Shown here: positions 22,371 to 32,281 of the stretch, in pieces | How the letters are laid out: every line of letters starts with the position of its first letter | Position numbering within the stretch: the stretch's first letter is position 1 | Program-made: the position numbers and the translations under genes | Notes under the pieces: model-generated | Told to the model about the DNA's origin: nothing | What the model saw: only the letters and a program-made list of their open reading frames with translations | The model's database searches: none | Assembly: GCA_963819655.1 (NCBI GenBank) | Contig: CAWFXA010000002.1 | Span: forward strand, 448,001-512,000 | Origin: an uncultured Chloroflexia bacterium | GTDB lineage: Bacteria > Chloroflexota > Limnocylindria > Limnocylindrales > CSP1-4 | Length of the DNA stretch: 64,000 bases | Reading direction: 5' to 3'

Positions 22371-22511
22371 GGCGATTCCCACATACTCCCCAGGGGTATC
22401 CGTGCGAATGCCCGGAGCTGGCCTCCGTGACCGCTCGGCCAGGGTCCTCCGTCGATGATCCGGTGATCCCCCACGTCGGCCCGTGAGGGTGAGACTCGGG
22501 CGATCCCCCGT

Positions 22512-22541
22512 TTGACACCCCTTCTGGCGAGGTCCTATCAT
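22512..22541 (+). promoter_or_regulatory. sigma70 promoter for rpmH operon
   Basis: TTGACA-18 nt-TATCAT. Confidence 0.65.
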
Positions 22542-22658
22542 CCGCCGGACGACGACGCGCCATGTGCCCGCAGGGCACCGGCGCGTTTGCGTGCCTCTAG
22601 GGGTAGACGGAGCGACCGTTCCCCGAGGTCGGATCGAGAGGATCACAGGACCGCCCGG

Positions 22659-22793
22659 ATGAAGCGAACCTACCAGCCCAAGAAGCGCCATCGCGCCAAG
22701 GAGCACGGCTTTCGCGCCCGCATGAAGACCACGGCGGGGCGCCGCATCCTTGCCGCGCGGCGAGCTCGGGGTCGGAAGCGACTGACGGCCTGA
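22659..22793 (+). CDS. rpmH: 50S ribosomal protein L34
   Basis: [22 protein letters not shown]...GRKRLTA. Confidence 0.98.
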   Translation: MKRTYQPKKRHRAKEHGFRARMKTTAGRRILAARRARGRKRLTA

Positions 22794-22825
22794 CAAGCGA
22801 TCGCGGCATATCCACGCCGCGACTC

Positions 22826-23161
22826 ATGATGCTCTCCCGACCGCAGGACTTCGCGGCGATCCAGGAGGCGGGAACGACCAAGTCCCACGCCCTGCTCTCC
22901 GCCCGGTTCCTGCGGACCGATCTCGAGACGACCCGCTTCGGGCTCGCGACCGGCCGCCGCATCGGCAAAGCGGTGGTCCGCAACCGGGTCCGGCGCCGAA
23001 TCCGAGAGGTGCTCAGGGTGATGACACCCTCGTTCCAGCCCGGCTGGGACGTCCTCATCATCGCCCGGCCTGCGATCGTCGAGGCCGACCACGACGCGCT
23101 GGTCGGGGCGTTGCAGCGAACGCTCGTTCGAGGGGGCGTGCTCGAAGGGATCAAACCATGA
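22826..23161 (+). CDS. rnpA: ribonuclease P protein component
   Basis: [18 protein letters not shown] motif; synteny. Confidence 0.95.
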   Translation: MMLSRPQDFAAIQEAGTTKSHALLSARFLRTDLETTRFGLATGRRIGKAVVRNRVRRRIREVLRVMTPSFQPGWDVLIIARPAIVEADHDALVGALQRTLVRGGVLEGIKP

Positions 23162-23364
23162 AGCAGATCGGGATCGGGCTCATCAAGCTCTACCGGATCG
23201 TGTTCGCGTGGCTTCCGCCGTCTTGCCGGTTCGAGCCCACCTGCTCGCACTACACGGAGCAGGCCATCGCCAAGTACGGGCTGCTGAAAGGGAGCTGGAT
23301 GGGGGCCAAGCGCATCGCTCGATGTCACCCATGGAACCCGGGTGGGTATGACCCTGTCCGCTAG
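23158..23364 (+). CDS. yidD: membrane protein insertion efficiency factor
   Basis: [23 protein letters not shown]. Confidence 0.97.
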   Translation: MKQIGIGLIKLYRIVFAWLPPSCRFEPTCSHYTEQAIAKYGLLKGSWMGAKRIARCHPWNPGGYDPVR

Positions 23365-23379
23365 CGAGGCCGCCCGCCC

Positions 23380-24546
23380 GTGACCCTGTCCCCCGCCGCG
23401 CGCCGGATGCTGCCGGCGCTCCTCATCGCTCTCGTCATCCCGATCGTCGCCGCGTGCATCCCGGGTGTCACCGGCGTCCCCGGCTCGTCCCCCACGCCAC
23501 CTGCCCCTCCGCTGACCCCGGCTCCCGCGGGGGCCGACCCGGTCAGCCTGCTCGCGTGGCTCTTCACCCCGATCTTCCAGGCGATGTTCATCGTGATGGT
23601 CGCGGTCTACGAGTTCCTGTACAACCTCGGTTTTCCTGGCGCCATCGCCTGGGCCATCGTCGTGTTGACCCTCGTCGTGCGGGCCGTCCTGATCCCGCTG
23701 TACCGAAAGCAGCTGGTCTCGCAACGGCGGATGCAGCTCCTCCAGCCGGAGCTCAAGGAGATCCAGCGGCGCTTCAAAGGCGACTCGATGAAGGTCCGCC
23801 TGGCCCAGCAGGAACTGATGCGCGAGCGAGGCGTCAACGCGCTCGCCGGCTGTCTGCCGCTCCTTCTCCAGCTGCCACTGCTCTTCATCATGTACTCGGT
23901 CATCCAGAACGGACTCACGAACGTCGACCCGAGCGCGATGCTGACGGTCTTCGGGCAACAGGTCGTGCCGTTGACCTGCACCAACCTCGATCCGGTCACC
24001 GGGGTCCCGAATGCCGCCCTCGGCCCATGCATCGACACGGTCATCCCATTCTTCGGCACGTCGATCGACGTGAGCCAGCCGTCGACGCTCTTTGCGATCG
24101 CCGGCTTCGGCATCAGCATCCTGGCGATCCTGTCCGCATTGCTGCAGCTGGTGCAGTCGCGGATGATGCTCCCGCCGGCCGACCCGACCAACGACGATCC
24201 CAACGTCCGGATCCAGCGCCAGATGATGCTGTTCCTGCCGATCATCTCGGTCGTGTACGGCGGCTTCCTGCCGGCCGGGCTGTTCATCTACTGGATCGTT
24301 GCCACGATCTTCTCGATCATCCAGCAGTACCTGATCGTCGGCTGGGGCGCCATGTTCCCGATCTTCGGGTGGACCCCGGCCTTCGCGGTCGACCACACCC
24401 CGCGCTTCCCGGTGTCCATGCCACCGCCACCAGAGCCCAGTAAGCGTGCGGCCATCCTGACCGACGCACAGAAGAAGACGACGGCCGACAAGACGATCCG
24501 CCACCGCGAGCGTGGCCGTCAGGGCCGACGAGGGAGACGACGCTGA
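23380..24546 (+). CDS. yidC: membrane protein insertase YidC
   Basis: LTLVVRAVLIPL, LQPELKEIQ, GCLPLLLQLP, PAGLFIYW. Confidence 0.95.
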   Translation: MTLSPAARRMLPALLIALVIPIVAACIPGVTGVPGSSPTPPAPPLTPAPAGADPVSLLAWLFTPIFQAMFIVMVAVYEFLYNLGFPGAIAWAIVVLTLVVRAVLIPLYRKQLVSQRRMQLLQPELKEIQRRFKGDSMKVRLAQQELMRERGVNALAGCLPLLLQLPLLFIMYSVIQNGLTNVDPSAMLTVFGQQVVPLTCTNLDPVTGVPNAALGPCIDTVIPFFGTSIDVSQPSTLFAIAGFGISILAILSALLQLVQSRMMLPPADPTNDDPNVRIQRQMMLFLPIISVVYGGFLPAGLFIYWIVATIFSIIQQYLIVGWGAMFPIFGWTPAFAVDHTPRFPVSMPPPPEPSKRAAILTDAQKKTTADKTIRHRERGRQGRRGRRR

Positions 24547-24548
24547 CC

Positions 24549-25577
24549 ATGAGTGCCTACAAGGAATTCTCCGGCAAGACCGTCGAAGAGGCGCTGAAGG
24601 CCGCCCGGGACGAGTTCGGCGCGGAGCTCAACGACCTCGACTTCGAGATCCTCACGCCGGGCAGCCGCGGCGTCCTCGGGATGGGCGCAGAGCCCGCGCG
24701 GATCGTCGCTGCGCCGCGTACTGCGCTCGGCGGAGCCGCGCCCAAGCGGGATGCCGCGGCGGCCGTCCCGCTCCCCCGCCCGCCGGCGCGCGAGTTCGAC
24801 GACCGCCCCGACCGCGGCCCGCGCCGTGACGATCGAGGCGATCGAGGTCCCCGCCGCGATGACCGCGGCGACCGCGGCCCACGACGTGACGATCGACCGC
24901 TCGAGTCCACTGGGGTTGACCGCGCCCCCGACACCGCTCCCCGCCCCGACCGCGCCCCGCGCCGCGATGACCGGCCGCGCGAGGATCGCGGCCCGCGCGG
25001 CCCACGCCGCGGCGGAGCCGATGTCTCGGCGTCGGAGGCCGCCGAAGTGGCCGCCGCCCGTGGGTCCCTCGCCGCCGAGCGCGCCGACCTCGAGGCCGCC
25101 GAGGCGTCGCCCGAAGCGCTCGCCGCCGGCCAGAGGATCCTCGAGACGCTGATGACCCATCTCGGGTTCGATGCCAAGGTCGAAGTCGCCGCAGGCGAGA
25201 CCAGCCGCCTGAACGTCGTCGCCCAGGGCGACGACCGCGACTCGCTCGGCGCCCTCATCGGGCGCAAGGGCGAGCGGCTCTCGGCCCTGCAGCACCTCGT
25301 GAACCTGATGCTGTCCAAGGAGATGGGCTCCTGGACTCGGGTGCTGGTCGACGTCGAGGATTACCGCGGCCGCCGCGAACGGCAGCTCCGCGAGCTCGCG
25401 GACCGCGCCGCAGCCCGGGTCATGGAGACCGGCAAGATGCTCCAGCTCGAACCGATGCCGGCCCTGGAGCGCCGCTGGATCCACCTGTCGCTGCGCGACC
25501 ACGCAGGCGTCGCGACGCAGTCGATCGGTGAGGAGCCGAACCGCCGCGTCGTGCTCGTCCCTCGCGGTGGCGGCTGA
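24549..25577 (+). CDS. jag: Jag/EloR/KhpB RNA-binding protein (Jag_N, KH, R3H)
   Basis: GKTVEEA, LIGRKGERLSALQ, ERRWIH, SIGEEPNRRVV; RRDDRGDRGP repeats in the linker. Confidence 0.95.
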   Translation: MSAYKEFSGKTVEEALKAARDEFGAELNDLDFEILTPGSRGVLGMGAEPARIVAAPRTALGGAAPKRDAAAAVPLPRPPAREFDDRPDRGPRRDDRGDRGPRRDDRGDRGPRRDDRPLESTGVDRAPDTAPRPDRAPRRDDRPREDRGPRGPRRGGADVSASEAAEVAAARGSLAAERADLEAAEASPEALAAGQRILETLMTHLGFDAKVEVAAGETSRLNVVAQGDDRDSLGALIGRKGERLSALQHLVNLMLSKEMGSWTRVLVDVEDYRGRRERQLRELADRAAARVMETGKMLQLEPMPALERRWIHLSLRDHAGVATQSIGEEPNRRVVLVPRGGG

Positions 25578-25692
25578 CGACCGGTCAGGTCGTAGGCGCC
25601 TCGCGGCCGTAACGGAAACCTGTCCTTCCGCGTCTCCAAGGCACCCAGATGCAACCAGAACGTTTGCTCACGGCTGCTAGGATGTCGCCTCC

Positions 25693-27531
25693 ATGACCAC
25701 GACCACGCCCGAGACGGTCCTGATCGAGACCCCGGAAACGCGCCGATCGTCGACCCGTCTCCGCTTTGCCGTCGCGTTCCTGGTCGGTCTGATCGCATCG
25801 ATGGCGATCGGCGTGGGCGCGCTGTACGCCTACGACCGCCAGTACGTAGGGCGGATCCTGCCCGGCGTTGCCGTCGGGTCGCTCGATGTGTCCGGGCTGG
25901 ACGCGGTCGCGGCGGGCGCCGCGATCCGGCAGGTCTATGGATACCTGGGCGAGGGCTCGATCACGTTCAAGACGCGGGAAAGCGTGCGCACGGTCAGCTT
26001 CGCCGAGATCGGCCGCGGACCGGACGTGGACGCCATGGTCGCCGAGGCGCTCGCGGTCGGCCGCGACGGCAACGCGGTCGAGCGGTTCATCGCCGATGCC
26101 CGCACTGCGCTCCGGGGCGTGTCGCTGACGCCGAAGGTCACCTTCGATGCCGACGCTCTCGCCGAGCACGGCCTGGCGTTCGCCGACTCGCTCGCGCGTG
26201 AGCCGCAGGATGCCTGGGTCGCTGTCGTCGGCAAGGAGTTTGCCGTGGTGCCGGCCATCGATGGCCGGTTGGCCGACCCGGCGGTGCCGGTCGAGGCGGC
26301 CCTGGCCGACCTCGGCGAGCTGACTGCCCAGCCGGAGCTCACCTACGAGATGCCAGTCAGCGCCGTCCCGCCGGCCACCACGACCGACGAGGCCACGGTC
26401 GCCAAGACCGACGCCGAGCGGATCACCGCACCGATCCTGTTCGCCGGTAGGGCGCAGGACCAGCAGATCACCGCCGCACGACTGCGGACGTGGCTGTCGT
26501 TCGGGCCCACGGCCGATGGCGGGTACGGCGTCTCCGTCGATACGTCCGGTCTCGAGGCCCTGCTCAAGAAGGTGGCCAAGAACGTCGATCGGGCACCGGT
26601 CAACGCGTCCTTCAGGACGAGCGGCTCGCGGATCACAGGTGTGACGGAGAGCCAGACCGGTTACAAGCTCGACCTGGCTGCCACGAAGCAGCAGGTCCAG
26701 GACCTCATCGACGCACGCGTCGCCGGTGGGACGACTGCAGCGCTCGAGCCGGCGATCAAGGTCCTGCAGCCGCGACTGACCACCGAGGAAGCCCAGGCCG
26801 CCCGTCCGAAGATGCGCAAGATCTCGCAGTGGACGACCTACTTCCCGATCGGTGAGAAGAACGGCTTCGGTGCCAACATCTGGATCCCCGCGCGCCTCAT
26901 CAACGGCTACGTCGTCGCACCGGGCGCGACGTTCGACTTCTGGAATGCCGTCGGTTCGGTGACGCGCGCGAAGGGCTATCGCTCGGGCGGCGCGATCATC
27001 AACGGACGCACCGAACCGCAGGGCGCCCTGGCCGGCGGCATCTGCTCGTGCTCCACGACCCTGTTCAACGCGGCAGCTCGCGCGGGCTACAAGATGGGCG
27101 CCCGGCGCAATCACTACTACTACATCGACCGCTATCCGGTGGGCCTCGACGCGACCGTGTTCATCAGCGCGTCCGGCTCGAAACAGACGATGTCGTTCAC
27201 CAATGACACCGATTACCCGCTGCTGATCCGCGGCCTCGGCTGGAAGAACGGGGGCAAGGGCTACGTCAAATTCGAGATCTACAGCGTCCCGACCGGCCGG
27301 AAAGTGTCCTTCGCGACCGGACAGCGGCGGAACTACCGGTCGGCGACCGACACCATCCAGTACACGAACAGCCTGCCGTCGGGTGCCGCGAAGCGGATCG
27401 AATACCCGGTCGCCGGCTTCCAGGTGACGGTCGTGCGGACCGTTCGTGACAAGTCGGGCAAGGTCATCCACAGGAACACCTGGTTCTCCAACTACGCGCG
27501 CATCACAGGCATCACGCTCGTCGGTCGCTGA
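25693..27531 (+). CDS. VanW family protein with PG_binding_4 repeats (YoaR-like)
   Basis: N-terminal TM, RILPGVAVG...DVSGL, GGICSCSTTLFNAA, RYPVGLDATV. Confidence 0.88.
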   Translation: MTTTTPETVLIETPETRRSSTRLRFAVAFLVGLIASMAIGVGALYAYDRQYVGRILPGVAVGSLDVSGLDAVAAGAAIRQVYGYLGEGSITFKTRESVRTVSFAEIGRGPDVDAMVAEALAVGRDGNAVERFIADARTALRGVSLTPKVTFDADALAEHGLAFADSLAREPQDAWVAVVGKEFAVVPAIDGRLADPAVPVEAALADLGELTAQPELTYEMPVSAVPPATTTDEATVAKTDAERITAPILFAGRAQDQQITAARLRTWLSFGPTADGGYGVSVDTSGLEALLKKVAKNVDRAPVNASFRTSGSRITGVTESQTGYKLDLAATKQQVQDLIDARVAGGTTAALEPAIKVLQPRLTTEEAQAARPKMRKISQWTTYFPIGEKNGFGANIWIPARLINGYVVAPGATFDFWNAVGSVTRAKGYRSGGAIINGRTEPQGALAGGICSCSTTLFNAAARAGYKMGARRNHYYYIDRYPVGLDATVFISASGSKQTMSFTNDTDYPLLIRGLGWKNGGKGYVKFEIYSVPTGRKVSFATGQRRNYRSATDTIQYTNSLPSGAAKRIEYPVAGFQVTVVRTVRDKSGKVIHRNTWFSNYARITGITLVGR

Positions 27532-29333
27532 GCCTGCCGCGTAGTCGTCGGAGGACCTCTCCAAGGCCGCGTGGACGGCTCTCGTCGACGACGACCGCCC
27601 GCCCGCGCAGGCCTTGCGCGATCGCCTCGGCCTCCACAGCGCTGAGGCCGAACCGCCGCAGCGCGTAGCGTGCCATCTGCACGGCCAGCTCGCGCTCACC
27701 GTGGATCGCCTGCACCTTGGCCCCGAGTGAGCGCATGTGCGCCGCCTCGGTGTCGCTGTGGGTCCGCACGATGAGGTCGACACCCGGGTTCATCGCCCGG
27801 ACGCGCTCGACTATGAGCCGCGTCTCGTTGGGCTCGGCCGTCGCGACCACGACCAGGCGAGCGTGCGACAGATCTGCCATCTCGAGCACAGCCTGGTTCG
27901 CGGCATCGCCATAGATGGCAATGACGCCGGTGGCGCGCAGTCGATCGACCTCGTTGCGCTGCTGGGTGATCACGACGTAGCGGAAGCCGCGCCGCTCGAA
28001 CGCCGGGCCGATCAGCCGGCCGACCCGCCCGTAGCCGCAGATGATCGCGTGGAGTCGGAGGGTCTCGCGCTCCTCGGGCCGGAGCCGCGCCAAGTCGCCG
28101 GCCCGCCGGTCCATCAACCTGGTCATCACGCGACTATCCCGGAGCCGTGCCTCGAGCGGCGGGATCAGGCCGAACAGGAACGGGTTGAGCGTGATCGACA
28201 GGAGGGCCCCCGCGACGATCAATTGGTAGCCCTCTTCCGGGAGCAGGCCTAGCGAGCGGCCCACCGTTCCGACGATGAACGAGAACTCGCCGATCTGGGC
28301 CAGGCCCGCGGCGACGGTGAGCGCGACCCGTGGCGGATAGCCGGCGACCGCGACGACGACGAACTTCGTGACCGCCTTGCCGACGACGATCAGGGCCAGC
28401 ACCGCGAGCACTGGCCCCGGGTTCGCGAGGAGATAGGTCGGGTCGAGCAGCATGCCGACCGACACGAAGAACAGGACCGCGAAGGCGTCGCGCAACGGGA
28501 GGGCGTCCGCCGCCGCCTGGTGGCTCATGTCGGACTCGCCAACGACCGCGCCGGCCAGGAACGCGCCGAGCGCGAAAGACACCCCGAAGACGCTCGATGA
28601 GACGTATGCCAGGCCGAGCGCGATCGCCAGCACCGCCAGGGAGAACAGCTCGCGCGAGCCCTCGCGCGCGACCACCAGCATCAGCCACGGGACGAGCCGC
28701 GCACCGGCCACCACCATGAGGATCGCGAAGATCGCGGCCTTGCCGACGGCGAGGGCGATCGCGATCATCGGGTTGGTGCCGGCCGCGTCGGGCGGGCTCG
28801 TCCCGCCGACCATGGGCGCGATGGTCGGGAGCAGCACGAGCACCACCACCGCCAGCAGGTCCTCGACGATCAGCCAGCCAACGGCGATCTGCCCCTGCAG
28901 CGTGTCCTGCTCGTTCCGGTCGGCGAGCAGGCGCAACAGCACGACCGTACTCGCGATCGAGAGCGCCAACCCGAGGACCAGTCCCGCCACCGACGCCCCA
29001 ACCGAGCGCGGCCCCGAGCCACAGACCGAGCGCGACGCCCACGATCGTCTGGATGAGCGCCCCGGGGATGGCGATCGAGCGGACGGCGAGGAGGTCGCGG
29101 ATCGAGAAATGGATCCCGACGCCGAACATCAGCAGGATCACGCCGACCTCGGCCAGCTGGGTCGCTATCTCGACGTCGGCGATGAGGCCCGGCGTGAACG
29201 GACCGATCGCCACCCCGGCGAGGATGTACCCGACCAGCGCGGGCAGCCCGAGCCGGCGCGCGATGAAACCGCCGATGAACGCAGCGGTCAGGCCGATCGC
29301 GATAGTCGAGATGAGAACGGGCTCGTGGTCCAT
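27512..29333 (-). CDS. CPA2 cation:proton antiporter with TrkA-N domain (YbaL/Kef-like); 1-nt frameshift near 28985
   Basis: ORF 28134-29333 N-terminus (LAEVGVILLMFGVG) joins ORF 27512-28990 (SIASTVV, AQIGEFSF, CGYGRVG). Confidence 0.9.
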
Positions 29334-29438
29334 GGCTCTTCCCGATCGGACGGGGGTGGTGCGCAGGACTGGCGCGGGTCCGTGCCAGAACGACGGCTGG
29401 TGGCCGCCTCACGATACCCGACGCCGTAGCCTGTACCG

Positions 29439-29933
29439 GTGGACATCGAACACGAGCGAGCGTCGATCCCTCCGCCATCGAAGGAGCGGCGCTGGGACAT
29501 CGATGAGCGCGGGGAGGGCATTGGGGACGCCAACGCCGAGGCGCGCCGGGTCGACGACCTGCGCGCCCACGCCGAACGGCCGGGCTGGGTCGCCGAGGAG
29601 CCCGAGGCGCACCTGTGGCCGCATCTCGAGCGAGCGATCCAGGAGCCGGGTTCGCCCTGGGTCTCGGTGGACCACGCCATCGACGAGGACGGACGTCTCA
29701 TCGTCGACCTCGTCCACGCGCCGGTCGAGGGCGACCGGGCGCGAGCGGGCGTTCAAGTCGACGTGCTGCGTCTCGTGGGCCTGGTCATCGAAGGCGCGAC
29801 GTTCGTCGAGATCGAGGAGCGCGGCCTCGACGACGCGCTCGTCATCGACGTCGTGACCGGGATGCTGGACGACCAGACGCCGTTCAAGGCGCACGGCCAC
29901 ACACTCAGATTCCGGGTGACGACCGCCAGCTGA
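29439..29933 (+). CDS. hypothetical protein
   Basis: 164 aa with coding-like codon use; TAGCCT 6 nt before GTG. Confidence 0.65.
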   Translation: MDIEHERASIPPPSKERRWDIDERGEGIGDANAEARRVDDLRAHAERPGWVAEEPEAHLWPHLERAIQEPGSPWVSVDHAIDEDGRLIVDLVHAPVEGDRARAGVQVDVLRLVGLVIEGATFVEIEERGLDDALVIDVVTGMLDDQTPFKAHGHTLRFRVTTAS

Positions 29934-30038
29934 CCTCCGTAGGCGAGGCGGCCAGACACGATCCAGCCCCGGGCCCGGCACGAGATGTGCCGCTGGTCCG
30001 GGGCCGAGAGGGAGGTTCGGCCGGGAGGACGCTCCCGA

Positions 30039-30629
30039 TCAACCCGGGGTGTCGAGGCCTTCCTGGAGGAACGACTCGACCTGGGCGGCCGAGATGTCAC
30101 GATCGAACGTCAGCTCGAGGATACGGCCCTCGCCCATCGCGTCGGCCGGACCGCTCGGCGCGGGCTGGACGAGGACGAACCGCAGACCGGCGCCGGCCGG
30201 ATCGACGAACAGCGACAGCGCGTTGTCGATCGGGTAATCCGTCCAACTGAGACGCAGCGTCCGTGGGTCGATGTTCTCGACCTGGACGGTGTATGGCTCG
30301 ACCGTCGCTCCGTCGCCTGGCTGCCCGGTCGTCGCGACTTGAAGGAAGCCGCTCCGATCGAGGATGTCGACATATACGTCCTGGCCGGTCGTGCTGTCCA
30401 GCTCGACACGGATCGGCAGCAGGTCCGTGCCGGGCTCCTGGCTCGGGACGGGTGCGGGCGTCGCCGGAGCCTGGGTGTTCGGCGCGGGGACCGCGGTCGG
30501 TGCGGGAGCGGGAGGCTCGGTGGGGGCCTGGCCCGCCGCGCCGGCGCTGCATGCCGCGAGCACCGCCGCGATCGCGAGGGCCGCGATCACCGGCGCAAAC
30601 CGGGATCGAGCGTTCGTGGTGGAGAACAT
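30039..30629 (-). CDS. hypothetical lipoprotein
   Basis: Signal peptide with lipobox LAAC, Pro/Thr linker, GAAAGGGA RBS. Confidence 0.75.
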   Translation of the reverse strand: MFSTTNARSRFAPVIAALAIAAVLAACSAGAAGQAPTEPPAPAPTAVPAPNTQAPATPAPVPSQEPGTDLLPIRVELDSTTGQDVYVDILDRSGFLQVATTGQPGDGATVEPYTVQVENIDPRTLRLSWTDYPIDNALSLFVDPAGAGLRFVLVQPAPSGPADAMGEGRILELTFDRDISAAQVESFLQEGLDTPG

Positions 30630-30834
30630 GGTCGTGGTCCCTTTCAGTGGTCCATCCATGACGGTCGTCTCGACCGCCTGCACCATGGATGAGGGACCGA
30701 AGGCGGCGTTCCTTCGAAGTCTTGGGGCCGTGTCGGCTAGTTGACAGCGTCCGTCGATGCCGGTCCCGTCGATTGGCCCTGGCGGCGACGCGTGGTAACA
30801 TTCGTGAACAAACCGAACCGACGTTCGGTCCTGT

Positions 30835-31210
30835 GGGGATGCGTGGTTTCGACAGGGCTTGGTTGTCGGAGAGTGCGAGCCGAGGATGCTGCTCAGGCCT
30901 CGTTAATCAGGCAGCAAAACGAAGTACCTGGCAACCGCCAGTCGACTCTCGCCCTCGCCGCTTAGGCGGTAAGGTGAGCGTGGAAGCTACCTCCGCTCCG
31001 CGGGTAGTGGAAGCGTCATGCAGCGGGGCTGCGATCCGGATGAGCGTCGCGTAGTCCGGAGTCAAGCCCGATCTAGGGACACGTGACTGGACCGTCCGGC
31101 AGGGTGCCGATGCCCGATCGGGCGGTTGACGACAAAGCATCGGACACGCTCGTAGTGGTCTCCGGCGAAGGGTCTTGGACGGGGAGTTCGACTCTCCCCC
31201 ATCTCCACCA
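30835..31210 (+). ncRNA. ssrA: tmRNA; tag reading frame GNRQSTLALAA* (30930-30965)
   Basis: 5' GGGGATG...TTTCGAC, 3' T-arm GGGAGTTCGACTCTCCC and CATCTCCACCA; LALAA tag; smpB nearby. Confidence 0.95.
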
Positions 31211-31271
31211 CCTTGTTCCTGCTGTCCCAGTCGATCGGAAACGGGACCGCGCCAGTCATTAGGCTGGCAGC

Positions 31272-31676
31272 GTGCAGGTCTTTCGCCCGTCCGACATCGA
31301 TCTCGAGGGGACGACCGCGCCGGCTCGCGGCTTCGCCGGCGCATCGGCACCCGGTGGCGTGATCGCTCGCTCGGCAGCACGCCTGCAATCGGCGGATGGC
31401 GGCTTGCGGAGCGGCGTCTGGGAGAGCGAGGCAGGCACGGCGGAGTACGTCTTCAGCGTCGATGAATGGGCCTACATCCTTGAGGGCGAGGCGACGGTGA
31501 CCGCGTCCGGCGCGACGCACGTGCTCCGGGCCGGTGACGTGTTCTACACCCCGGCGGGCGAACGCATGAGATGGGTTGTCACCGCCCATGTCCGCAAGGT
31601 CTGGGTGCATCGGCGGCCGCCGCTTCGCGGACGGATCAGGCGCAAGCTGGCCCGCTTGGTCGCTCGCGTCAGGTAG
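31272..31676 (+). CDS. cupin domain protein (EutQ / cupin_3-like)
   Basis: SGVWE, DEWAYILEGEATV, LRAGDVFYTPAG, VRKVWV. Confidence 0.85.
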   Translation: MQVFRPSDIDLEGTTAPARGFAGASAPGGVIARSAARLQSADGGLRSGVWESEAGTAEYVFSVDEWAYILEGEATVTASGATHVLRAGDVFYTPAGERMRWVVTAHVRKVWVHRRPPLRGRIRRKLARLVARVR

Positions 31677-31714
31677 GCCCGACGGGCCGGCCACGCGCCG
31701 CTACGATGGCGGGC

Positions 31715-32281
31715 ATGCGGCTGACGGCGTGGGAGGAGGAGCGGCTCCTCATCTTCACGGCGGCCGAGCTGGCCCGGCGTCACCGGGATCGGGGCCTCCT
31801 CCTGAACGCGCCTGAGGCGGTCGCGCTCATCTGCGACGCCATGCTCGAGGCAGCCCGCGCGAGCGCGAGCTACGCCGAGGTCGAGGCTGCGGGACGGGCG
31901 GCCGCACAGCCGGACCAGGTGCTCCCCGGGGTGGCCGCCCTCGTCGGCGACGTCCGGCTGGAGGTGTTGATGGACGATGGCGTCCGGCTCGTCGTCCTGC
32001 GGGAGCCGCTCGGCCCGTCGGGAGACGACGCCGCTGGACAGATCCGCCAAGCCCCGCCGACCGTCGCGGCCCACGAGAGCGAGCGCATCCAGATCGCGGT
32101 CAGGAACACCTCCCAGCGTGTCGTCCGCGTATCCAGCCACTACCCGTTCGAGCGGGTGAATCGACGGCTCGAGTTCGATCGCGCCGCGGCCGCGGGGTGC
32201 CGTCTCGACCTCGAGGCGGGATCCACCGAGCGCTGGGCTCCCGGAGAGACGCGGACCGTACGCCTGGTACGCGTCCGATGA
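31715..32281 (+). CDS. ureA: urease gamma/beta fused subunit
   Basis: MRLTAWEEERL, GLLLNAPEAVALI, DGVRLVVL (gamma) fused to VRVSSHYPFERVN, RLDLEAG (beta). Confidence 0.9.
   Translation: MRLTAWEEERLLIFTAAELARRHRDRGLLLNAPEAVALICDAMLEAARASASYAEVEAAGRAAAQPDQVLPGVAALVGDVRLEVLMDDGVRLVVLREPLGPSGDDAAGQIRQAPPTVAAHESERIQIAVRNTSQRVVRVSSHYPFERVNRRLEFDRAAAAGCRLDLEAGSTERWAPGETRTVRLVRVR

Noticed and set aside
20761-22578. 605-aa DnaA with a long N-terminal extension
   Set aside because: The extension is low-complexity and spans promoter-like sites; conserved domain I begins at ATG 22149.
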